Assembly (NCBI RefSeq): GCF_004010195.1
Contig: NC_057720.1
Location: 24,319,806 to 24,350,153, forward strand
DNA from: Chiloscyllium plagiosum
Taxonomy: Eukaryota
Direction: 5' to 3'
Length of the DNA: 30,348 nt
In this document: positions 20,584 through 30,348 of the stretch, one piece after another
Layout of the letters: each line of letters opens with the position of its first letter
Numbering within the stretch: position 1 is the first letter of the stretch
Notes under the pieces: generated by a model
Told to the model about the DNA's origin: nothing
Databases searched by the model: none
The model's input: only the letters and a program-made list of their open reading frames with translations
Translations under genes and position numbers: made by a program

Positions 20584-21261
20584 TGCAGAACAAACCTGAA
20601 CGAGGAGAGGGAGAAGGAAAATTCTTCAACTGAGGGCAATTGGATCATGAGATCTATCAGCGTAGTTGCTCTGAAACATAATTTCATGATGGTTCTGTGA
20701 TTTAAAAGGCTTAGGTTAAATATTTGAATGCTAGCAATATAAAAAGAGCTGCGGAAAGGGAGGGTGAACAATAAGAACAATAAGGCAACCTCCTCGGCTG
20801 TAATTTGAAACATTCTACGAAAACCCTCCGTTATTGCCTCTGAGCCACAGAATGGGTTGAAAGCTGTAGGTGCTGAGCTGAACTTATGACAACGTACTCT
20901 GTGAGAATTGCCCTAAGCCTTTTGTTTGCATTTTGTATGCGTTCTTGGTTTTGGGTGAGGTCAGACGTCAATTTCAATTCATGCAGTTCAAATCTAAATT
21001 CTGACGAAATCGACCTGATATATATCTGGGAAGTCATATCTCTTTTGAAAACTAAGGGATTGTCAATTAGATTTCAACGCAATGTTAAGGAGGGTCCATG
21101 AAATTATCAGTTGCTTCATCTTACCTTTTTAATTCCTTCCCCCATCTTGATTTCCTCGTTTGGCTTGTCCTACCTCATAAACCTGCTGGTTTGAGATTGC
21201 GAAATGCTTAGGAGGGTATGGTGGTGCAATGGTAATGCTCCTGCTTCTGGACTAGGAGGTA

Positions 21262-21345
21262 GACAAGCAGGAGGCTGGAAGAACACAGCAAGCCAGTCAG
21301 CATCAGGAGGGAGAGAAGTCAACATTTCAGGTGTGACCCTTCAGG
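21262..21345 (-). mobile_element. Penelope pLTR fragment, related family
   Basis: The minus strand reads ctgaagggtcacacctgaaatgttgacttctctc...gatgctgactggcttgctgtgttcttccagc. Confidence 0.7.
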
Positions 21346-21820
21346 ATTAGGAGGTTGAGGAGGACTGCCTACTCTGGTGGTGTGTCATAATGTGTTTGAA
21401 CAAGTTGGTTTAAAACTTTAAAGCATTTTTTAATTACGTGGCGGGCTTATAACATAATATAAAGTACTCAGCTACAGGATCCTAGCTTTTCTGAGGTAAA
21501 TGCAAAAGCATTTTCAGATAGGAACATCATGTGGTCAGTTCTCAAGCGAAGTGCCAAATCAAGTTTACAACCCAGTTAGCACCTAACCCCATAATCTGAA
21601 GCAGGGCTTTCCAAAATCAGGATCAAATCTCCAAGGGGAGCTTGCAAGCTAAACTTTTTTGGGCCTGACAATCTGAGGAGGAATAGCTGTCATGGAGTTT
21701 GGGCCAAGTTACAGCAGCTGTGCTCTGCTCTAACTGTGCTCACTCAGTTCTCACAGATGACATTCAAGACACAAAATGGAGTCACACTGGGGGAAAAAAA
21801 TTGGGAAGCACTGATTTAAA

Positions 21821-22510
21821 GATTGAATTGAATTTATTGTCACGTGTACCCAGTCACAGTGAAAAGCTTTGTCTTGTGAGCAATACAGGCAGATCACAGA
21901 GTTAAGTAACATAGATAAGAAAATAATAGGTAAACAGCAGCAAAAACAAAAACACAGGTACAGGCGAACGTTAAGAGTTTGCGAGTCCATTCAGTATTTT
22001 AACAACAGTAGGGTAGAAACTGTTTCGAAACTGACTGATGCATGTGTTCAGGCTTCTGTACCTTCTCCCCAATGGTAGAAGTTGTAGAAAATCATTGCCA
22101 GGGTGGGATGGATCTTTGAGAATGTTGGTGGCCTTTCCTTGACAGCGGGCCTGGTAGATGGATTCTATAAATGGGAGGTTGGGCCTTTGTGATTGTCCGG
22201 GCCGAGTACACCACTCTCCAACCTTGAATGGTACAGTTGCTGTACCAGGTGGTGGTACATCCAGACAGAAAGCTCTCGATGGCACATCTATAAAAGTTGG
22301 CAAGGGTATTCGCGTCATGCCAAATTTCCTCAGCTGCCTGAGGAAGAAGAGAAGTTTTGGGCCTTTGTAACCAGTGCGTCCACATGAAGAGTCCAAGAGA
22401 GGCTCAGTTGTGGATGAAGCAAATATGACAAGTGCATCATTACCTTGTTGTTTATCAAAGTCATATTGTCAACAAACTGCAAGCCACCTTTAGAAGTGAT
22501 GCACCAACTT
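21821..22510 (-). mobile_element. Rex1/Babar-type LINE 3' fragment
   Basis: Peptides LFFLRQLRKFG, NFYRCAIESFLSGCTTTWY and DPSHPG..LLPLGRRYRS...FRNSFYP. Tail of attca units. Confidence 0.88.
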
Positions 22511-22529
22511 GGCATAGATATGGCTGACA

Positions 22530-22769
22530 CTTTTGATCACTTGCAGCGACTTATTATTTGACACTCCACTGACACCATTTGTCTGATCTTTTGATCTCTG
22601 TGCCCTTGATCCCTTTGCCTATAAAATCTGTGCCTGTGTGTTTTTCTCTCCCAGTTCACCTGATGAAGAGGCTTTGCTCCAAAAGCTGGTAAACCTGTTG
22701 GCCAATAACCTGGTGTGGTGTGACTTCTGACCATGTCCACCCAGTCCAACACCAGCACCTCCACATCAT
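22530..22769 (+). mobile_element. Penelope-like 3' end, third family, with decayed hammerhead
   Basis: cacCTGATGAagaggctttgctccAAAAgc at 22657-22686, followed by aaacctgttgg...cctggtgtggtgtgacttctgac...cacctccacatcat. Confidence 0.7.
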
Positions 22770-23510
22770 TGCATTTTGGTAAAACAAACCTGGGCAGGAT
22801 TTACACAGTTAACAGTAAAGCCCTGGGAAGTATTGTTGAACAGAGAGGTCTAGGGGTGCAGGGACATAGTTATTTGAAAGTGTCATCACAAGTAAACAGG
22901 GTGGTGAAGAAGACATTTGCCATGCTTGCCATCATCAGTCAGAGCACTGAGTATATAAGTTGGGATGTTATGTTTAGCTGTACAAAACATTGATAAGCCA
23001 CATTGGAGTACTGCATGTAATTCTGGTTGCCCTATTATAGGAAGTATGTTAGTAAACTGTTAATGGTGCAAAAAATATTTTCAACTTTGAGTTTTAAGGA
23101 GAAGTTGGATAGGCTAGGACTCTTTTCCTGGATCATAGAAGGCTGAGGAATGACCTTATAGAGGTTTATAAAATTATGAGGGGCATAGATACAATGTTAG
23201 CCAAAGCCATTTGCTCAGGATGAGGAAGTCCAAAACTAGAGGGCATGGTTTTAAAGTGAGAGAGGAAAGATTTAAAAGGGATCTGAGGGGCAACATTTTT
23301 ACACAGGTGATAAATGTATGGAAGAACCTGCCACAGAAAGTGGTAGAAAGGAGCATAATTACAACATTTAAAAGGTACATAGATAGGAAAGGTTTCAAGG
23401 GATATGGGCCAAATGCAGGCAAATGGGACTACTTCAGTTTCAGAAACATGGTTTGCATGGATATGTTGGACCAAAGGCACTGTTTATATAATGTATGACT
23501 CGATGACTCT
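22770..23510 (+). mobile_element. CR1 3' fragment, decayed
   Basis: Peptides LHFGKTN...LGVQ and KTRGHGFKV...DLRGNIFTQ. Confidence 0.92.
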
Positions 23511-23556
23511 GAAGTCTAGAGTTTGGCTGAAGTAAATTAATGGCCAATCTTATTGA

Positions 23557-24352
23557 TATGCGAGGTGTTGCATTTTGAGAAAGCAAATCTTAGCAGGACT
23601 TATACACTTAATGGTGAGGTCCTTGGGAATGTTGCTGAAAAAAGAGACCTTAGAGTGCAGCTTCATAGCTCCTTGAAAGTGGAGTTGCAGGTAGATAGGA
23701 TAGTGAAGAAGGCATTTGGTATGCTTTCCTTTATTGGGCAGAGTATTGAGTACAGGAGTTGGGAGGTCATGTTGCGGCTGTACAGGACATTGGTTAGGCC
23801 ACTTTTGGAATATTGCGTGCAGTTCTGGCCTCCTTCCTATTGGAAAGATGTTGTGAAACTTGAAAGGGTTCAGGAAAGATTTACAAGGATGTTGCCAGGG
23901 TTGGAGGATTTGAGCTATAGGGAGAGGCTGAACAGGCTGGGGCTGTTTTCTCTCGAGCGTCGGAGGCTGAGGGGTGACCTTATAGAGGTTTACAAAATCA
24001 TGAAGGGCATGGATAGGATAAACAGGCAAAGTCTTTTCCCTGGGATGGGGGTTTCCAGAACTAGAGGGCATAGGTTTAGGGTGAGAAGGTAAAAATATAA
24101 AAGAGACCTAAGGGGCAACTTTTTCACCCAGAGGGTGGTACATGTATGGAATGAGCTGCCAGAGGAAGTGGTGGAGGCTGGTACAATTGCAACATTAAAG
24201 AGGCATTTGGACGGGTAAATGAATAGGAAGGGTTTGGAGGGATATGGGCCGAGTGCTGGCAGGTGGGACTAGATTGGGTTGGGATATCTGGTCAGCATGG
24301 ACAGGTTGGATGGAAGGGTCTGTTTCCAAGTTGTACATCTCTATGACTCTAT
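23557..24352 (+). mobile_element. Young CR1 (HER1-like) 3' fragment
   Basis: ORF 23553-24092 (CEVLHFEK...LYRTLVRPLLEYCVQFW...LERVQERFTRMLPGL). Tail ctctatgactct. Confidence 0.96.
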
Positions 24353-24887
24353 ATATTTCATCTAGACAAAAATATTGTAAAGATGAAAGTCGGTGTGGCA
24401 TGTTTAATGTAAAATACTGTATCTTGTGTATATCTACTTATTCAATAAACTCATAAGCAAGGAAGCATCATTCTGAGCAACTTGTATGCTACTGTCTTTT
24501 AAACAATAAGTTATGTACTCCTATCCTGAATAAGCAAACTTTTTTTTCAATTAGCCTTGAATTTCCTGGAGAATTTCCCTATTGGAATGGCATTTTGAAG
24601 GCATTAGGTTAATTTAAAACTATAAAATCCCAGGATATGGTGCCACTAACAATTCCTATCATTATTGCCTGTTTGCCATAAATTCTCAAAACTTCTTTTG
24701 AACTCCACTAATGCACTTCCTGAGGCTATGCTAAAATGATTGACTCAAGTTCCATGACCAAGCTTATCTCGCTTACCACTTTGTGAATAAAATATACATC
24801 ATTTGTGAGTCCAGGACATGTACCTTTCTTTATGGTCTTTGGTTAGGTCATTATATCAATACAAATTCCTGAATTATCTACCTTTTA

Positions 24888-24973
24888 CTTTGTTTATTAT
24901 TACTGACATTTCTTTTAAAACTTGACTGCTTTGTTTATTGTAACCGACATTTGTTTTTAAACTTGACTGCTTT
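24888..24973. repeat. 41-bp imperfect tandem duplication
   Basis: ctttgtttattattactgacatttcttttaaaacttgactg followed by ctttgtttattgtaaccgacatttgtttttaaacttgactg. Confidence 0.85.
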
Positions 24974-25032
24974 TTGCCAAATGTTCCACAAATCCTGCCA
25001 ATGATGTTTGATGGTGTTTTTATCTTTTGCAG

Positions 25033-25234
25033 ATGAGAAGACATACTTGGTTTGTGTTGCTCTCTATTGCTGCCACCTTCCCAGTGTATGTTCTGGGATA
25101 TGCTAATGGAAAGGTCGAAATTGCCTGTGTCAGCATGCGTCCCAGCCATAGTGGAAATACTGCACAATCAACAGATCCACCTTATCAAATTATTGCAAAT
25201 AGCAGTAGATTTAACCCAGGAGATATAATCCAAG
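25033..25234 (+). CDS. FRRS1: First clear coding exon of a ferric-chelate reductase 1-like gene (signal peptide plus Reeler domain N-terminus); partial gene
   Basis: Acceptor tttttatcttttgcag|ATG and donor CAAG|gtataa (202 nt, phase 1). MRRHTWFVLLSIAATFPVYVLG-YANGKVEIACVSMRPSH...FNPGDIIQ parallels mammalian FRRS1 (YPNGKVTQSCHGMIPEH...FRPGDQIE, recalled). A Reeler-domain paralogue cannot be excluded from one exon. Confidence 0.85.
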
Positions 25235-25397
25235 GTATAACTTTAGTGAATTTAATAAATATGCTGTTGAAACTCTATTTTTTCAAGCAAATTCTGTCTG
25301 TGGTACATCTGATAAGACAACAGATATTGTATCGGAAAATATTATTTTGTTTCATATAAATTATACAAAACCTGCTTTTGCTTATTCTCCCATACAT

Positions 25398-27230
25398 TCA
25401 TAAGAGTGAGGAACAAAATTAGGCTATTCGGCCCATCGAGTCTGCTCTGCCATTCGATCATGGCTGATATGGTCCTCACTCCTACTTTCCTGCCTTCTCT
25501 CCATATCCTTTCACCCCATTACCAATTTTTTTAAAAATCTGTCTAACTCGCCCTTAAATTTACTCACTGTCCCAGCACCTACTGCACTTTGGGTAGCAAA
25601 TTCCACAGCTTCACAACCCTTTGGGAGAAGTAGTTTCTCCTCAACTCTGCTTTAAATTTGCTACCCCATATCTTATGACTATGACCTCTCGTCCTAGAAT
25701 GCCCCACAAGAGGAAGCATTCACTCCATTGCTACTTTATCCAAACCTTTTAACATCTTGAACACTTCAATTTGATCTCCCCTCATTCTTCTAAATTCCAG
25801 ACAGTAAAGGCCTAAATTGTTCAATCTCTCTTCATACGACAAACCCCTCATCTCCATGATCAAGCAATTGAACCTCCTCTGAACTGCCTCTAATGCCACT
25901 ACACCTTCCCTCGAATAAGGGGACCAAAACTATGCACAATACTCCTGGTGTGGTCTCACCAATGCCTTATATAGTTGCAATATTTCCTTACCTTTATATT
26001 CTATTTCTTTAGTTATAAAATCCCACGATCCATTTGCTTTTTTTATTATCTGCTGTACCTGCATGCTAGTTTTCTGTGACTCATGAACGAGTACTCCTAG
26101 ATCCCTCTGCACTGGAGTACCCCAAAGTCTCTCCCCATTAAGGTAATAGATCGTCTTCCTATTTTTTCGACCAAGTGCATGACCTCACACTTATCCACAT
26201 TAAATTTCATCTGCCACATTTTGTTCTATTCTCCTAACCTATCTATATCCATTTGTAAGGTTCTTATTTCCTTTTTGCAATTTACTGTTCTGCCTATTTT
26301 TGTGTTGTCCACATGTTGACTATAGAGCCTTCTATCCTTGTATTCAAGGCCTTAATGTAGATTATAAGTAGCTGGGGTCCAAGGACCAAACTCTGTGGCA
26401 CCCCACAAGTTACACCTTGCCATCCAGAAAATATAAATTTTCCAAACTCTCTATCTTCTGTCCATCAGTCAGTCATCTATCCAGGCTAATACATTACCCT
26501 ATTCCCATATGATTCAACCTTGTGAATTAACCTTTTGTGCGGAACCGTTTCAAACATCTTCCAGAAGTCCATTTAAATTACATCTACAGCATCCCCATTA
26601 TCCATCTTTGAAAAACTCTAGTAAATCAGTCAAACATGATTTGCCTTTCACAACACCATGCTGACTCTGGTGGATATGTTTTGACTTTTCAAATGTCCTG
26701 ATATTGCTTCCCTAATAATTGATTCTAACACTTGACCAACAACAGATGTTAAACTAACTGATCTGTAATTCTCACATTTTATCTTCCTCCCTTTTTGAAT
26801 AAAGATGTTATATTAGCCATTTTCTAATCCACTGGAACCTTTCCCATGTCCAGGGAATCTTGGAATATTGTAACCAATGGATCTACTATCTCTGTTGTCA
26901 CTTCCCTTAATACCCTAGGATGGAGGCCATCAGGCCTGGGGGACTTGTCTAAACTCAATCCTAATAGTTTGGTTAGAACCATCTCCCTATTGATGATTGT
27001 TCTAATTTCTACATTATCTCTTGCCTCTGACTAGCCCATTCCAACAAGAATGATATTATTGTCCTCCATCATGAAAACTGAGGCAAAATATTGATTCAGC
27101 ATCTCTGTGTTCCCAATATTAACTCTCTGGTTTCATCTTCCAAGGGACCAACATTCACATTAGTGACACTCTATCATTTTATATACCTATAGAAGGTTTT
27201 GCAATCCTTTTTGATATTTTGTGCTCCCTT
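25398..27230 (-). mobile_element. Older CR1 LINE, decayed, in the intron after the exon
   Basis: Peptide QRDLGVLVHESQK...LYKALVRPHQEYC and RT motifs recognisable at DNA level, with many stops. Confidence 0.9.
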
Positions 27231-27371
27231 TGAATGATTCATCTACAGTGATAAGGGTGAGCTCTCGGTTTGGTGCCTCATTTGATGAGAGAGAGTGAAT
27301 GTTATACTCTTGGAACTTTGGTTTTAATGATCGAAAAGGAAATTACACATTCTAACTCAGAGTGACAGGGA

Positions 27372-27718
27372 GATTATGGCCTAATGGTATTATCACTAAA
27401 CTATTAAACCAGAGACCCAAGTAATGTTTTGGGCAGCTGGGTTTGAAGCATGGAATGGCAGGTGGTGGAACTTGAATTCAATACAAAATCTGGAACTAAA
27501 AGTCAACTGATAACCTGGAAAACATTGTTGATTGTCAGGAAAACCCATCTGGTTCACTAAAGTCCTTCTGGGAGGGAAACTACCATCCTTACCTAGTCTG
27601 GCCGACATGTGACTCCAGACCCACATTGATATGGTTGACTCTTAACTGCCCTCTGAGCAATGACAGATGGATCATAATTGTTGGCCTAGTCAGTGGCATC
27701 CATGTCCTGTGGAAAAAA
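27372..27718 (+). mobile_element. tRNA-type SINE, second family
   Basis: A-box-like tggcctaatgg; core aaacccatctggttcactaa...ccatccttacctagtctggcc...gttgactcttaactgccctctg; A-rich end. Confidence 0.8.
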
Positions 27719-28056
27719 CAAAGTTTTGGATGAATGAGCTTAAATTACATTTGCAGTTTGTATCATCCCTAGCTGTAGTTGCTCAGTATCTTTGAGTGAG
27801 TGCAGATTAATCCAGGATAGAGATTGTATAGTCCAATGAAGTCTGTTAAATTACAGATTCCTAAGGCATGGCTGTTTTGCTTATTTGCTAATGTCGTTAT
27901 TTTCAAAACTGTCATTGCATATAACTTTAACATTTTTCATTTGAATAGGGAACCCTTTACTCAGACAATATGCCACCAGAGAAATAACTCCAAGTCTGTT
28001 TAGGAAATGGGAGTGTATTGGTAATGCTACTCAACTGGTAACTCAGAATTACAAAT

Positions 28057-28520
28057 GTCATAGAGTCATAGAGATGTACAGCATGGAAACAGACCTTTCG
28101 GTCCAACCTGTCCATGCTGACCAGATATCCCAACACAATCCAGCACCCGGCCCATATCCCTCCAAACCCTTCCTATTCATACACCCATCCAAATGCCTTT
28201 TAAATGTTGCACTTGTACCAGCCTCCACTACTTCCTCTGGCAGCTCATTCCATACATGTACCACCCTCTGGGTGAAAAGGTTGCCCCTTAGGTCTCTTTT
28301 ATATCTTTCCTCACTCACCCTAAACCTATGCTCTGTAGTTCTGGACCCACCCCCACCCCAGGGAAAAGACTTTGTCTGTTTATCCTATCCATGCCCCTCA
28401 TGATTTTGTAAACCTCTAAGGTCACCCCTCAGCCTCCGACGCTCCAGGGAAAACAGCCCCAGCCTGTTCAGCCTCTCCCTATAGCTCAAATCCTCCAACC
28501 CTGGCAACATCCTTGTAAAT
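28057..28520 (-). mobile_element. Young CR1 3' end running into the gap
   Basis: Highly similar to 3361-3826 (FTRMLPGLEDLSYRERLNRLGLFSLE). Confidence 0.95.
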
Positions 28521-29123
28521 NNNNNNNNNNNNNNNNNNNNNNNNNNNNNNNNNNNNNNNNNNNNNNNNNNNNNNNNNNNNNNNNNNNNNNNNNNNNNNNN
28601 NNNNNNNNNNNNNNNNNNNNNNNNNNNNNNNNNNNNNNNNNNNNNNNNNNNNNNNNNNNNNNNNNNNNNNNNNNNNNNNNNNNNNNNNNNNNNNNNNNNN
28701 NNNNNNNNNNNNNNNNNNNNNNNNNNNNNNNNNNNNNNNNNNNNNNNNNNNNNNNNNNNNNNNNNNNNNNNNNNNNNNNNNNNNNNNNNNNNNNNNNNNN
28801 NNNNNNNNNNNNNNNNNNNNNNNNNNNNNNNNNNNNNNNNNNNNNNNNNNNNNNNNNNNNNNNNNNNNNNNNNNNNNNNNNNNNNNNNNNNNNNNNNNNN
28901 NNNNNNNNNNNNNNNNNNNNNNNNNNNNNNNNNNNNNNNNNNNNNNNNNNNNNNNNNNNNNNNNNNNNNNNNNNNNNNNNNNNNNNNNNNNNNNNNNNNN
29001 NNNNNNNNNNNNNNNNNNNNNNNNNNNNNNNNNNNNNNNNNNNNNNNNNNNNNNNNNNNNNNNNNNNNNNNNNNNNNNNNNNNNNNNNNNNNNNNNNNNN
29101 NNNNNNNNNNNNNNNNNNNNNNN
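28521..29123. other. Assembly gap (603 N)
   Basis: Run of N. Confidence 1.
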
Positions 29124-29452
29124 GACACTCTGGCAGCAGGAAACATGTTTCCACTGATGGGCGAGTGCCAAACCAGAGGACACAGAGGACCATTTAGGAC
29201 AGAGATGAGGAGAAACTTCTTCACCCAGAGAGTGGTGGGTGTGTGGAATGCTCTGCCCCAGAGGGCAGTGGAGGCCCATTCTCTGGATTCATTTAAGAAA
29301 GAGTTGGATAGAGCTCTCAAGGATAGTGGAATCAAGAGTTATGGAGATAAGGCAGGAACAGGATACTGATTAAGGATGATCAGCCATGATTATATTGAAT
29401 GGTGGTGCAGGTTCGAAGGGCAGAATGGCCTACTCCTGCACCTATTGTCTAT
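29124..29452 (+). mobile_element. CR1 3' end of another subfamily, nested in the minus-strand CR1
   Basis: Peptide FRTEMRRNFFTQRVVGVWNALPQ; tail cctattgtctatt. Confidence 0.92.
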
Positions 29453-29459
29453 TATCTAT

Positions 29460-30348
29460 TGTAACCCTCTTCGCTGACTACTACACCTCCAATTTTGGTG
29501 TCATCTGCAAACTTAGTAACTGCACCTCTTAAGCTCGCATCCAAATCATTTATGTAAATGATGAAAAGTAGAGAACTCAGCACCGATCCTTGTGGCACTC
29601 CACTAGTCACAGGTCTCCAGTCTGAAAAACAACCCTCCACCACCGGCCTCTCTCTTCTATCTTTGAGTCAGTTCTGTATCCAAATGGCTTGTTCTCCCTG
29701 TATTCTGTGAGATCTAACCTTAATAATCAGTCTCCCATGGGGAACTTTGTTGAATGCCTTACTGAAGTCCATATAAATCACATCTACCACTCTTCCCTCA
29801 TCAATCCTCTTTGTTACTTCTTCAAAAAACTCAATCAAGTTTGTGAGACATGATTTCCCACACACAAAGCCATGTTGACTATCCCTAATCAATCCTTGCC
29901 CTTCCAAATTCACGTACATCCTGTCCCTCAGGATTCCCTCCAACAACTTGCCCACCACCGACGTCGGGCTCACTGGTCTATTGTTCCCTGGCTTGTCCTT
30001 ACCACCATTCTTGAACAGTGGCACCATGTTAGCCAACCTCCAGTCTCCAACACCTCACCTGTGACTATCAATGATACAAATATCCCCGCAAAAGGCCCAG
30101 CAATCACTTCTCTAGCTCCTCACGAGTTCTAGTGTACCCCTGATCAGGTCCTGGGGATTTTTTCTCCTTTATGCATTTCAAGACATCCAGCACTTCCTCC
30201 TTTTGTAATCTGGACATTTTCCAAGGTGTCACCATCTATTTCCCTACATTCTATATCTTCCATGTCCTTTTCCACAGTAAATACTGATGCAAAATCCTCA
30301 TTTAGTTTCTCCCCCATTTTCTGCGGCTCCACACAAAGGCCGCCTTTC
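29460..30348 (-). mobile_element. Young CR1 RT region, continuing beyond the window
   Basis: ORFs 29452-29643 and 29668-30036 ([29 protein letters not shown]). Collinear with about 4220-5105. Confidence 0.96.

Noticed and set aside
23550..24071. 173-aa minus-strand ORF
   Set aside because: Antisense shadow of the CR1 ORF2 fragment.
28385..29335. Long ORFs of 235-316 aa
   Set aside because: They are open only because they cross the N gap.

Overview
Eukaryotic, repeat-dense vertebrate genomic DNA, very probably from a cartilaginous fish (shark), judging from the CR1/HER1-type LINEs, HE1-type tRNA SINEs and Penelope-like repeats. Most of the window is decayed transposable elements: CR1, Rex1/Babar, L2-like, Penelope-like, Tigger/pogo-type DNA elements, two SINE families and one LTR-like element. 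There is also a 603-N assembly gap. The one clear host gene segment is a spliced coding exon at 25033-25234 (+) encoding a signal peptide and the start of a Reeler domain, best matching ferric-chelate reductase 1 (FRRS1). A candidate CpG-containing promoter and first exon lies at about 19010-19307. The most notable structures are two young ~220-230 bp fold-back Penelope-derived insertions with target-site duplications and a minimal hammerhead-ribozyme core on both strands, a nested CR1/CR1/Penelope insertion series, and inverted CR1 copies flanking the FRRS1 exon. I found no evidence of a wholly new protein-coding system. Nearly all ORFs in the track are TE fragments or antisense shadows. All family assignments are from recalled motifs, not database searches.
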